Source: a virus. From it: a DNA stretch of 64,000 bases. The stretch lies in the UHGV virus genome UHGV-0373904; one strand, given 5' to 3'. Below are positions 23,366 to 41,038 of the stretch, piece by piece (positions within the stretch are counted from its first letter, which is position 1; each line of letters begins with the position of its first letter). The notes below the pieces were generated by a model. It worked only from the letters and a program-made list of their open reading frames with translations, made no database searches and was not told the DNA's origin. The position numbers and the translations under genes were made by a program.

Positions 23366-24832
23366 ATGGCAGAAATTACAGAAACACAAGAAAGCTTACC
23401 ACCATTTAGAATGGGTGAAGTAGGTTCTTTGGGTCTGAAGGTTAAGAATGGAAGAATCTATGAAGAACCTCGTCAGGCACTAAGGTTCCCTGAAAGTATT
23501 AAAACTTTCCAATTAATGATGCGTGACCCTGCTGTAGCAGCATCTGTGAATATTATTAAGATGTTTGTCAGAAAAGTCAACTGGAGATTCGTACCTCCAA
23601 AGGGAAAAGAGCAAGACCCTAAAATGCTTGAAAGAGCAGACTTCTTTAATTCTTTAATGGATGACATGGAGCATGATTGGGCAGATTTTATTAACTCTGT
23701 AATGTCATTCTGCACTTATGGGTTCTGTGTTAACGAAAAGGTTTATAAGAAACGTCAGGGTAAAAAAGGAAAGTACCAGTCAAAATTTGATGATGGTCTA
23801 ATTGGGTGGGCTAAATTACCAATCAGAAACCAGTCAACACTTGATAAGTGGTATTTTGACGAAGACTTTAGGAAAGTTACTGGTGTTAGACAGAATCTGA
23901 GAAATGTTTCACATATTGCTGGAGCAATTAATCTTGGAGAAAGACCTCTAACAAGAAAACTTCCACGAGCTAAATTCATGCTGTTTAAGTATGACGATGA
24001 ATATGGAAATCCAGAAGGTCGTTCACCACTACTTAATGCTTATGTACCGTGGAAATATAAAGTACAGATTGAAGAGTATGAGGCTGTTGGCGTTTCAAGA
24101 GACTTAGTAGGTATGCCAAAGATTGGTTTACCACCAGACTATCTAGATGAAAATGCAGAACCTGAAAAGAAAGCTTTCGTACAATACTGCAAAACTGTTG
24201 TTAACGATATGATTGCTAATGATAGAGCAGGTTTAATCTGGCCTAGATATATCGACCCAGATACTAAAGAGGATATTTTTGAGTTCTCATTAGTTTCTAG
24301 ACAGGGTGCTAAAGCATACGATACAGGTTCTATTATTGACAGATATTCCAAGCAGATTATGATGGCATTTATGTCAGATGTTCTTGCTATGGGTCAGTCA
24401 AAATATGGTTCATTCTCTCTTGCAGATTCTAAGACGAGTTTACTAGCAATGTCAGTAGATATTCTGCTGAAGCAAATTAAGAACGTAATTAACCGTGATT
24501 TAGTTGCACAGACTTATGCTCTTAATATGTGGGATGATGAAGAACATGTACAAATCACATATGATGATATCGAAACTCCAGACCTTGAAGCAATTGGTTC
24601 TTATATTCAGAAGACTGTTGCAGTAGGTGCTTTGGAAGTTGACAAAGAGCTATCTAACAAACTTAGAGAGCATATTGGTCTCCCTCCTGCTGATGAGTCT
24701 CAGCCAGTATCTGAAAAGCTTTCTCCAAATAGCCAAAGCCGCTCAGGAGATGGTTATAAGACCGCTGGAGAAGGTACTGCAAAGACACCTTCAGCGAAAG
24801 ACCCAAGCACAGCAAATAAGGCAAATAAATAA
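23366..24832 (+). CDS. Portal protein (candidate)
   Basis: ~490-aa ORF immediately after terminase, acidic C-terminal region; call rests on position and size. ORF track start 23357 is GTG; ATG at 23366. Confidence 0.65.
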   Translation: MAEITETQESLPPFRMGEVGSLGLKVKNGRIYEEPRQALRFPESIKTFQLMMRDPAVAASVNIIKMFVRKVNWRFVPPKGKEQDPKMLERADFFNSLMDDMEHDWADFINSVMSFCTYGFCVNEKVYKKRQGKKGKYQSKFDDGLIGWAKLPIRNQSTLDKWYFDEDFRKVTGVRQNLRNVSHIAGAINLGERPLTRKLPRAKFMLFKYDDEYGNPEGRSPLLNAYVPWKYKVQIEEYEAVGVSRDLVGMPKIGLPPDYLDENAEPEKKAFVQYCKTVVNDMIANDRAGLIWPRYIDPDTKEDIFEFSLVSRQGAKAYDTGSIIDRYSKQIMMAFMSDVLAMGQSKYGSFSLADSKTSLLAMSVDILLKQIKNVINRDLVAQTYALNMWDDEEHVQITYDDIETPDLEAIGSYIQKTVAVGALEVDKELSNKLREHIGLPPADESQPVSEKLSPNSQSRSGDGYKTAGEGTAKTPSAKDPSTANKANK

Positions 24833-25332
24833 TGGCTGAAGTTATCTCTATTTCAAATGCTACACGAGTGCATTCGTATAGGGGTGTCCTTATCATTACT
24901 GCCAAGTTATCTGTAGAGGCTGGCTCAAGGGTCAGTCTTTCAGGTTATGTAAGTGATGGTGGAACCTCTGACGTTTTCACTATTTGCAGGTTACTTGATG
25001 CACCAATGAGTGGAAAACCGTTTATTTTAGGAAATTGTAGTGAAATTGTTAAAATTCCATTTGACAGTTCATGCCTTTTGGGTGTAAAGTTATATAACTG
25101 CGAGAATAAACGTATCAATGTTAATAGCATTGAAGCCGCTTTCATTACCCTCGACACTGCATTTCAATCTCCAATGACAGTTAATAAAGAAACAAACAGA
25201 CTTGAATACATTTTTTCACAAAATGATTACAAAGTACTTGTCAAAGGTAAAGTATATGCTATGATTGTAAATGTGGTAGATGAATCTGGTAACCATTCAA
25301 CAGTCCTTAAACAAAAAGTAAGGTTTAATTAA
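24832..25332 (+). CDS. Hypothetical head-module protein (166 aa)
   Basis: ORF between portal and prohead protease. Confidence 0.5.
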   Translation: MAEVISISNATRVHSYRGVLIITAKLSVEAGSRVSLSGYVSDGGTSDVFTICRLLDAPMSGKPFILGNCSEIVKIPFDSSCLLGVKLYNCENKRINVNSIEAAFITLDTAFQSPMTVNKETNRLEYIFSQNDYKVLVKGKVYAMIVNVVDESGNHSTVLKQKVRFN

Positions 25333-25664
25333 TGGGAACATTAACTATTGATGGTAAGAATAAAATCCTCGCCACGCTAAACCCAACGACTATTATTTTA
25401 CACAATGTAGACCCAACGGCAGACCCTACAGCAAATAAGGTTACTCAGCCAGTGGCTATTTATTTTTCTGAACCGGATAATGGCTTAATTGCCTCAGAAG
25501 ACACAGTTAATATTACTGTTCCAGCTTCTGCAACGGTCTCACACTATAGCTTGTGGGATGCTAACGATAAATGCGTGGCAACTGGTGCTCTTAGCAAACC
25601 TCAATTCTTTGCTGAAGAAGGTATCTATGTTATCTCTTCAGTCTCTGTAGATTTAAACAAATAG
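25332..25664 (+). CDS. Hypothetical head-module protein (110 aa)
   Basis: ORF; start overlaps the stop of the upstream ORF. Confidence 0.5.
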   Translation: MGTLTIDGKNKILATLNPTTIILHNVDPTADPTANKVTQPVAIYFSEPDNGLIASEDTVNITVPASATVSHYSLWDANDKCVATGALSKPQFFAEEGIYVISSVSVDLNK

Positions 25665-25675
25665 GGTGAGTAAAA

Positions 25676-27022
25676 ATGAGTTCGAATATCTTCAGACTTG
25701 CTGATAGATTATTCAACCAACCTTTACTAGCCACTGAATCATTAGCTCACTCAGCAGCAACTTATGTGAATAACAGATTGCTGGGTGATGTCCAAGCAGC
25801 AGTAAACTTTGATAAACCCAAAGGTGATGCAAGAAGTCTTTTAAAAGTAAAAGATGACATTGCTATTATCCCTATTATGGGTGGTTTAACCCATCGTATG
25901 ACATTCATTGATGCAATGTGTACAGGTGGATTAAGCTCTTATGAAGGTTTACGTAGAGGCTTTGATGAAGCTTTAGCAGATGAGTCAATTAAGACTATTG
26001 TTCTGCATATTGATTCTGGTGGTGGTGAAGCTTCAGGTTGCTTTGAATTAGCACGTCACATCATGGCTTCAAGAGGCCAAAAGAAAATTATTGCTTATGT
26101 AGATGAGTTCGCTTGTTCCGCTGCATATGCTCTTGCATCTTCTGCTGAAGAAATTATTGCATCACCAGATGCAGATGTTGGTTCTATTGGTGTAATCATG
26201 GTTCATCAGGAATTAACTAAGGCATTTGAAAAGAATGGCGTAACAATTAACGTCATCAAAGCTGGTGAGTTTAAAGGTATGGGTTCACCATTCCAAGCAC
26301 TTTCAGAAGAAAGCAAAGAAAGACTTCAAAAGAGAATTAATGATACCTACTCAACCTTTACAGGCTTTGTAGCTGAATCGCGTAATCTCTCTGAAGAAGC
26401 TGTAAAGAATACTGAGGCGAATGTTTATTCTGCTCAGGAAGCTCTTGAACTTGGTTTAATTAACTCAATCATGTCTCAAGATGATTTCTTAAATTACTTA
26501 CAAGGTTCTGAAGAGGCTCCTGTAAGTTTAAACGTTAACAATTCAGGTGAAGAAATGACTGAACAAGAAAAGCAAGAACTAGAAGCTTTGCGTCTTCAGG
26601 TTGCTCAAATGAAAGCTAAAGAACAGGAAGCTGCTTTGTCAGATTTGACTAATAAGATTTCTGCTTCTGCTGAAGCTTTTGGGTTTGATGCAAAAGAAGC
26701 TGCAACGACTATTTTAGGTGCTGGTCTTGATAACCCTCTGAGCGTTCTGTTTATGAATGCTATGGAAGGTGCTAACCAGAAACTTAATGAAACTATCGCG
26801 TCCCATGCTTCTGCAATGGAAGAAAAAGAATCAGAAATTACCAAGCTGAAAGAAACTGCTGGTGCTGTTCTTGAACATTCTAATGCTATGGAAGAAATGG
26901 GTAATGACGGCGAAGCTGATTTGGTTGAAGAAGAAAAAGAACCAGCTAAGAATGCTTCCGAAGACACCGCTGAACAACGCAAACTGGCTCTCCAGAATGC
27001 TCTAAAATCTCTTATCAAATAA
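25676..27022 (+). CDS. Prohead protease (S49/ClpP-like) fused to scaffold-like C-terminal domain
   Basis: IVLHIDSGGGEASG and FACSAAYALASSAEEIIASP resemble SppA/ClpP-family active-site regions; C-terminal 150 aa is Ala/Glu-rich and coiled-coil-like. Confidence 0.8.
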   Translation: MSSNIFRLADRLFNQPLLATESLAHSAATYVNNRLLGDVQAAVNFDKPKGDARSLLKVKDDIAIIPIMGGLTHRMTFIDAMCTGGLSSYEGLRRGFDEALADESIKTIVLHIDSGGGEASGCFELARHIMASRGQKKIIAYVDEFACSAAYALASSAEEIIASPDADVGSIGVIMVHQELTKAFEKNGVTINVIKAGEFKGMGSPFQALSEESKERLQKRINDTYSTFTGFVAESRNLSEEAVKNTEANVYSAQEALELGLINSIMSQDDFLNYLQGSEEAPVSLNVNNSGEEMTEQEKQELEALRLQVAQMKAKEQEAALSDLTNKISASAEAFGFDAKEAATTILGAGLDNPLSVLFMNAMEGANQKLNETIASHASAMEEKESEITKLKETAGAVLEHSNAMEEMGNDGEADLVEEEKEPAKNASEDTAEQRKLALQNALKSLIK

Positions 27023-27033
27023 GGAACACAATA

Positions 27034-27411
27034 ATGGCATATGAAGGTTTTACTCACTTAGGTAAAAGAGAACCTCTGAATGATATCATTCTTTGGGAAC
27101 AGGTTACCCCAACAGGTCACTCTCGCAAAGAGTACACTCCAGTTGCTTCAACAGAATACCGTGTAGGTGAAGTCCTGAAAGCAGATGGTACTAAAGTTGC
27201 AGCAGGGGAAGAAGCTCAGGCTGATTCTGTATGTATCGTTAACTTTTATGCAGACCTGCAACTGTCTTACCACGGTCAGTTGAAAGTCGTTGGTATTTAC
27301 CGCGACGCAGAACTGAAAGACATGCTTACTCTTGAGTCTGGTGTTAATGCTGAGAACGTCAAGAAAGCTCTGGCTGCTAAAGGTATTGATTTCGTACCAA
27401 CTGGCCTGTAA
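27034..27411 (+). CDS. Hypothetical head protein; decoration protein is possible by position
   Basis: 125-aa ORF between protease/scaffold and major capsid gene, as gpD sits in lambda-like head modules; no motif evidence. Confidence 0.35.
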   Translation: MAYEGFTHLGKREPLNDIILWEQVTPTGHSRKEYTPVASTEYRVGEVLKADGTKVAAGEEAQADSVCIVNFYADLQLSYHGQLKVVGIYRDAELKDMLTLESGVNAENVKKALAAKGIDFVPTGL

Positions 27412-27444
27412 TAACAATAATAAGACATTCTGGAGAATTTTACA

Positions 27445-28557
27445 ATGTTGACTAATTCTGAAAAAAGCAGATTTTTCCTTGCTGACCTGACTGGTGAAGT
27501 CCAGTCTATCCCAAATACTTATGGGTATATTTCCAACTTAGGTCTGTTCCGTTCAGCACCAATCACCCAAACTACTTTCCTTATGGACTTGACTGATTGG
27601 GATGTTAGCTTGCTTGATGCGGTAGACCGTGATAGCCGTAAAGCAGAGACTAGCGCACCTGAGCGTGTCCGTCAAATCAGCTTCCCAATGATGTACTTCA
27701 AAGAAGTTGAAAGCATTACTCCTGATGAGATTCAGGGTGTACGTCAGCCAGGCACTGCAAACGAACTGACTACTGAAGCTGTAGTACGTGCTAAGAAGCT
27801 GATGAAGATTCGTACCAAGTTCGATATTACTCGTGAGTTCTTGTTTATGCAAGCTCTGAAGGGTAAAGTTGTTGATGCTCGTGGTACTCTGTATGCTGAC
27901 CTGTACAAGCAGTTCGACGTTGAGAAGAAGACTGTTTACTTCGACCTTGACAACCCTAATGCTGACATCGACGCTTCTATTGAAGAACTGCGTATGCACA
28001 TGGAAGACGAAGCTAAGACTGGCACTGTAATCAACGGTGAAGAAATTCACGTAGTTGTTGACCGTGTGTTCTTCAGCAAACTGGTTAAGCATCCTAAGAT
28101 TCGTGACGCTTATCTTGCACAGCAGACTCCACTGGCTTGGCAGCAGATTACTGGTTCTCTGAGAACTGGTGGTACTGACGGCGTTCAGGCCCACATGAAC
28201 ACTTTCTACTACGGTGGTGTTAAGTTTGTCCAGTACAACGGTAAGTTCAAAGACAAGCGTGGTAAAGTTCACACTCTGGTTAGCATTGATGGTGTTACTC
28301 AGGATGGAACTGTAGGTGTAGGACATGCTTTCCCTAACGTTTCTATGCTGGGTGAAGCAAACAACATCTTCGAAGTGGCATATGGCCCATGTCCTAAGAT
28401 GGGTTATGCGAATACACTTGGTCAGGAACTATACGTATTCGAATACGAAAAAGACCGTGACGAAGGTATTGACTTTGAAGCTCACTCTTACATGCTGCCA
28501 TACTGCACACGTCCTCAGTTGCTGGTAGACGTTCGTTCTGACGCTAAACCAGACTAA
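27445..28557 (+). CDS. Major capsid protein
   Basis: 370-aa ORF downstream of protease/scaffold with strong RBS; size and position typical of HK97-fold or lambda gpE-like capsid proteins. Confidence 0.7.
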   Translation: MLTNSEKSRFFLADLTGEVQSIPNTYGYISNLGLFRSAPITQTTFLMDLTDWDVSLLDAVDRDSRKAETSAPERVRQISFPMMYFKEVESITPDEIQGVRQPGTANELTTEAVVRAKKLMKIRTKFDITREFLFMQALKGKVVDARGTLYADLYKQFDVEKKTVYFDLDNPNADIDASIEELRMHMEDEAKTGTVINGEEIHVVVDRVFFSKLVKHPKIRDAYLAQQTPLAWQQITGSLRTGGTDGVQAHMNTFYYGGVKFVQYNGKFKDKRGKVHTLVSIDGVTQDGTVGVGHAFPNVSMLGEANNIFEVAYGPCPKMGYANTLGQELYVFEYEKDRDEGIDFEAHSYMLPYCTRPQLLVDVRSDAKPD

Positions 28558-28578
28558 TATTCTTAAGGAGGGTTATGA

Positions 28579-29028
28579 ATGTGTTATACAGGCGACCCAG
28601 CCAATAACCCTCTTGATAGAGTAAGAATCCTCTGCACAGACACCAATAATGATGAAATTCTTATTGAGCAGTCTGTGCTAGAGTGGTTCTATCTAGAATC
28701 TGGAAAGGATGAAAAGAAAGCAGCCATCAAAGCTCTTAAATATTTACTCTTTCAAGTAGCCAAGATGGGAGATGAGAAAGTTGGTGGTGTCTATTTACGT
28801 AACTCTTCCAGATTCAAATCTCTGAAAGCTGTTTATGACGACCTTGTTAAAAGCTCTGTTTCAGGACTACCCTATGCAGGTGGTATTAATCAGTGTGATA
28901 TTGACATGCGTCGTCAGAATCCTTGCTCTGTCAAGAAATACACAGAATATGGTGATGCTGCCAGATACGAAGGCAGAGATTACTGCAACCGTGTTAATGG
29001 CGTATTTATTATCGAGCGAGATGAATAA
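28579..29028 (+). CDS. Hypothetical head-tail joining protein (149 aa)
   Basis: ORF between capsid and tail genes; function by position only. Confidence 0.45.
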   Translation: MCYTGDPANNPLDRVRILCTDTNNDEILIEQSVLEWFYLESGKDEKKAAIKALKYLLFQVAKMGDEKVGGVYLRNSSRFKSLKAVYDDLVKSSVSGLPYAGGINQCDIDMRRQNPCSVKKYTEYGDAARYEGRDYCNRVNGVFIIERDE

Positions 29029-29510
29029 TGGTTAAAAGGGTTATTCACCCCGCTAGAGCAAAATTAGTCGGGGCTATGAAGAACTTGCAAACGGCTAATG
29101 CTCAAGTTGGGTATTTTCAAGAACAAGGTCAACATAGCTCTGGTTTTTCTTATCCTGCTTTAATGTATTTACAAGAAGTTATTGGAATCCCTTCAGCTTC
29201 TGGTAAAGTATATCGTAGGTTGTTTGAAATCACTATGATGCTAAACAGACAGACCTTGTTAGAGCAGACTAAGAAGAATCTATATAAGCAACTTAGCAGT
29301 CTCAACACAGACCCTTCAAATACCTTAGAAGCATTTGCAAAGAATGCTCAAAAGGTAATTAAAAGAGGTTTTGGTAATTCTGCTATCCTCCCTCCTAACG
29401 CACCTTCCACAGTCAAGAAAAAAGGCTTTAATGCACCTCTTGTTGAGACAGGTGACTTAAGGGATAACCTTGCTTATAAAATTTCTACTAAGAAGGGTAT
29501 TAAGAAATGA
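29028..29510 (+). CDS. Hypothetical head completion/connector protein (160 aa)
   Basis: ORF, translationally coupled to neighbours. Confidence 0.45.
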   Translation: MVKRVIHPARAKLVGAMKNLQTANAQVGYFQEQGQHSSGFSYPALMYLQEVIGIPSASGKVYRRLFEITMMLNRQTLLEQTKKNLYKQLSSLNTDPSNTLEAFAKNAQKVIKRGFGNSAILPPNAPSTVKKKGFNAPLVETGDLRDNLAYKISTKKGIKK

Positions 29511-29908
29511 GACTCTTAAACAGACACAGCTTTGTAGTAAAGCGTAAAGTCTCTGAAGACGGTTATTATAACGATGATGGTGATTGGGTAGCTTCGCAAG
29601 ATATTGTAGAGGTCAACTGTAAAGGTAATATCCAGCCATATATCAAAGGTTCTGTAAAGAATGGTACACAGATTGCTTTACCGGAAGGTATTAGGCTTAC
29701 TGATACAAGAATCCTGTATACCACATATAAGCTTAGAACTTCAGATGATGTAGAGTGGAATGAGTCTGACATTGTTATGATTGATGGTCATGAGTATGAA
29801 GTATTTATGACTATGGATTGGTCACAGCAATTAGCCCATACGTCCCATTATGAATATATCATTATTAGAAGGGATAAAATGAATGCAGTTAGAAACAGCA
29901 GAACTTGA
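29507..29908 (+). CDS. Hypothetical tail completion protein (133 aa)
   Basis: ORF, 4-nt overlap with the upstream ORF. Confidence 0.45.
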   Translation: MRLLNRHSFVVKRKVSEDGYYNDDGDWVASQDIVEVNCKGNIQPYIKGSVKNGTQIALPEGIRLTDTRILYTTYKLRTSDDVEWNESDIVMIDGHEYEVFMTMDWSQQLAHTSHYEYIIIRRDKMNAVRNSRT

Positions 29909-30482
29909 AAAAAGTCTAGTTAGAACCTTAGTGGATGTTATTGGTCACAGACTAGCTCGTGATAAGAATAATAGACCAAATGTAATTAGAGCTTACCCTT
30001 CTGATAACTCAAATGACAAAGGTTTAAAACCTGACCAGCCATTTATCACCGTATACTGTCAAGATGCTGCAACACCTTATGGTTGGGTTCTTGATAAGTT
30101 TGTTGAGGATGATGTAGTTTGCTACAGAATTGCTTTTCAGATTCCAGTGTTAATTACGGTGAATGGTAAAGGTGCTCACAGTATTATGCTTGAGCTTAAA
30201 CAACGATTAGAGATGAGTTCAGTCAGAGATTTAATCCTTGAAGAAACAGGAGCTACAGTACTGGACACTGGAGCAATCCCAAATGATTACACTTATCTCA
30301 ATACAGATTTCGAAAATTCTGCACCTCTTGTTGTAACTCTTGTAAAAAACTCAGTCCTGAAAGATGAACGTGGAAGTATTATTGAGCGTGTCATTGTTGA
30401 TGGTGAGTTAGTTTATGAAGAAGGACAAGAGCCACCAGAATATACTATCCATCTAGATGTAGACTCCAAAGGGGTAAAATAA
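29883..30482 (+). CDS. Hypothetical tail protein (199 aa)
   Basis: ORF ending immediately before the sheath gene. Confidence 0.45.
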   Translation: MQLETAELEKSLVRTLVDVIGHRLARDKNNRPNVIRAYPSDNSNDKGLKPDQPFITVYCQDAATPYGWVLDKFVEDDVVCYRIAFQIPVLITVNGKGAHSIMLELKQRLEMSSVRDLILEETGATVLDTGAIPNDYTYLNTDFENSAPLVVTLVKNSVLKDERGSIIERVIVDGELVYEEGQEPPEYTIHLDVDSKGVK

Positions 30483-31835
30483 ATGTGGAATCCAATTGTT
30501 AATGTAGATATTACATTGAACACCGCAGGAACTACAAGAGAAGGTTTTGGTTTGCCACTATTCTTAGCTTCAACAGATAACTTTGAAGAAAGAGTCCGTG
30601 GTTACACTTCCTTAACTGAAGTTGCTGAAGATTTCGATGAAAACTCTGCTGCATATAAGGCTGCTAAACAACTTTGGAGTCAGACTCCTAAAGTAACTCA
30701 GCTTTATATTGGTAGACGTGCTATGCAGTACACTGTATCAATTCCTGATGCCGTTACCGAAAGTACAGACTACTCAATTACTGTAGCTGCTGGCGGTGGA
30801 ATTTCTCAACCATACCAGTACACAGCACAAGACTCAGACACTGCTGAGGTAGTGTTGCAACAGTTTAAAACACAGATTGAAGCTGACCCAACAATCAAAG
30901 ATAAGGTTTCTGTGAATGTAACTGGTAGCAATGGCTCTGCCACAATGATTATTACCAAAGCTGGTGATAATGACTTTGTGAAAGTAACAACCACAGCACA
31001 GACTGTATACATTGCAAGTACAACTGCCGATACAGCATCAACTGCTCTGGCAGCTATCGAAGCTTATTCTACTGACTGGTATTTCATTGCAGCAGAAGAC
31101 AGAACTCAACAGTTTGTCTTAGCAATGGCTTCTGAGATTCAGGCTCGCAAGAAAATCTTCTTTACGGCTAACTCAGATGTAGCAGCACTGCAAGGCACAG
31201 AATTAGCCAGTGCAAATGATGTTCCAGCACAGCTTGCTAAGAATATGTACACTCGTACAGTTTGCTTGTGGCATCACACAGCAGCAGAAGATTATCCAGA
31301 GATGGCATACATTGCTTATGGTGCTCCATATGACGCAGGTTCGATTGCTTGGGGTAATGCTCAGCTAACTGGTGTAGCAGCTTCTCTACAACCATCTAAT
31401 CAGAGACCTCTGACAAGTATTCAGAAGTCTGCTTTAGATGCACGTCACTGTAACTTTATTGACCTTGATGGTGGTGTTCCAGTGGTTCGTAGAGGGATTA
31501 CTTCTGGTGGGGAATGGATTGATATCATCCGTGGTGTTGACTGGTTAGAATCAGACCTGAAAACTTCTCTGAGAGACTTGCTAATTAACCAGAAGGGTGG
31601 TAAGATTACTTATGATGATACTGGTATTACTCGTATTCGTCAAGTCATTGAAACCTCTCTGCAAAGAGCAGTCAACAGAAACTTCCTGTCATCTTACACA
31701 GTTAATGTTCCTAAAGCCTCTCAAGTTGCTTTAGCAGACAAGAAAGCACGTATCCTGAAAGACGTTACCTTCGCAGGTATCTTAGCAGGGGCTATCTTGG
31801 ATGTTGACTTGAAAGGTACAGTGGCTTACGAATAA
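30483..31835 (+). CDS. Tail sheath protein (candidate)
   Basis: 450-aa ORF immediately followed by a 148-aa ORF and a tape-measure gene, the sheath-tube-chaperone-TMP order of contractile-tail phages; no motif evidence. Confidence 0.6.
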   Translation: MWNPIVNVDITLNTAGTTREGFGLPLFLASTDNFEERVRGYTSLTEVAEDFDENSAAYKAAKQLWSQTPKVTQLYIGRRAMQYTVSIPDAVTESTDYSITVAAGGGISQPYQYTAQDSDTAEVVLQQFKTQIEADPTIKDKVSVNVTGSNGSATMIITKAGDNDFVKVTTTAQTVYIASTTADTASTALAAIEAYSTDWYFIAAEDRTQQFVLAMASEIQARKKIFFTANSDVAALQGTELASANDVPAQLAKNMYTRTVCLWHHTAAEDYPEMAYIAYGAPYDAGSIAWGNAQLTGVAASLQPSNQRPLTSIQKSALDARHCNFIDLDGGVPVVRRGITSGGEWIDIIRGVDWLESDLKTSLRDLLINQKGGKITYDDTGITRIRQVIETSLQRAVNRNFLSSYTVNVPKASQVALADKKARILKDVTFAGILAGAILDVDLKGTVAYE

Positions 31836-31850
31836 TAGAGGTAAATTGGA

Positions 31851-32297
31851 ATGGCTATGTATCAGCAATATTCCCCTAAAGACGTTGTATGTAGCTGGAA
31901 TGGTATTGCCATTGAAGGCTTTGCCCCAGATTCATTCTTGCGTCTACAGAGAACATCACCACTTGTGACACCAGTTGTTGGTGCAGGTGGTCAAGTTGCT
32001 CTGACAAGAAATGCAGACAAGACAGGTACTATTGAGATTGAGTTAATGCAGACTTCTCTCTCTAACCAGATGCTTTCTGCAATTCAAGCTAAACAAGACA
32101 ATATGGAACTTGAAGAAGATATCTCTTCTAACTTCGTAATCTACGACCCATCAGGCTCTGTTCTGGCAACTGGTATTAATGCTTGGTTGCAGGAATTACC
32201 GCAGATTGAACTTGGTCGTGACCAGAACTCTAAAACTTGGATTTTTGGTTGTGAGAAGCTAGACTACACTTCTACAATTCCAGCGTCAAGTGTTTAA
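31851..32297 (+). CDS. Tail tube protein (candidate)
   Basis: 148-aa ORF downstream of the sheath candidate, followed by a strong terminator. Confidence 0.55.
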   Translation: MAMYQQYSPKDVVCSWNGIAIEGFAPDSFLRLQRTSPLVTPVVGAGGQVALTRNADKTGTIEIELMQTSLSNQMLSAIQAKQDNMELEEDISSNFVIYDPSGSVLATGINAWLQELPQIELGRDQNSKTWIFGCEKLDYTSTIPASSV

Positions 32298-32310
32298 TAA
32301 ATCCTATAAG

Positions 32311-32342
32311 GGGGAGACTTTAAAAGGTCTTCCCCTTTTTTG
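32311..32342 (+). terminator. Rho-independent terminator inside the late operon (after tube gene)
   Basis: ggggagac-tttaaaa-ggtcttcccc hairpin followed by ttttttg. Confidence 0.8.
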
Positions 32343-32370
32343 TTTCTTTTAAAAGTATTAAGGAATCACA

Positions 32371-32769
32371 ATGAAAACAGAATCTAGAGTAATTAATGGT
32401 AAGAAAGTAAATATCGTTCTGCTTGGGGCGAGAGATGGTATTAAGATGTCTATGAAGTTGGGTAAAATTGTTGTTCCAACTTTTGCACAGATGCTGTCAA
32501 GTCTGACTGACAAGGGTAAGAAAGAAGCTCCAATGGTTCCATTTAAAGAACTTGTTGAAGCTTGTTTTGACAGAATTGAAGAAATTAACCTTGAAGAAAT
32601 GGCTACCCTGTTATTTCAAGGGGCAACTGTTGATGACTTCCCACTTAATATTGATACGTACTTCCAAGCAAACTACGGTGAGTTTATTGATTACTTAGCA
32701 TTTGCGCTGGAGGCAAACTTCGGAAGTTTTTTCGAAGCAAGCATTTTCAAAAGCCTAACTTCTCAGTAA
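32371..32769 (+). CDS. Tail assembly chaperone (candidate)
   Basis: 132-aa ORF directly upstream of the tape measure; the following 79-aa ORF is in a different frame, as in chaperone pairs. Confidence 0.45.
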   Translation: MKTESRVINGKKVNIVLLGARDGIKMSMKLGKIVVPTFAQMLSSLTDKGKKEAPMVPFKELVEACFDRIEEINLEEMATLLFQGATVDDFPLNIDTYFQANYGEFIDYLAFALEANFGSFFEASIFKSLTSQ

Positions 32770-32771
32770 AC

Positions 32772-33010
32772 ATGGGTAACACTCTACAGACACCACTAAC
32801 TGATGCTGCTGTAGAGGCAACCTATGAAGAAGCAGACGAGATGAAATTTGTGCTTGCTATTTATGGTATGGAAGGGTGTAAAGAAACACTTGACCAACTC
32901 TTTGCTATGACATTCTCTGATTTATTATCATTGAGACAATTTCTTGAGATTCAGAGGTCGTATAAAGAGGAAATTGCTTACAACGAACTTAGAAGAGCAG
33001 GAAAAATGTA

Positions 33011-33011
<1 letters not shown>
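32772..33011 (+). CDS. Hypothetical protein (79 aa), possible second chaperone product
   Basis: ORF between chaperone candidate and tape measure; stop overlaps the tape-measure start. Confidence 0.4.
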
Positions 33012-41036
<8,025 letters not shown>

Positions 41037-41038
41037 TA

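Noticed and set aside
27553-28326. 257-aa antisense ORF inside the major capsid gene, and similar antisense ORFs (22813..23229, 26605..27057, 39954..40481, 55452..56347)
   Set aside because: Each lies fully within a well-supported gene on the opposite strand; the predicted proteins are low-complexity (Ser/Leu/Val-rich) and lack start context.
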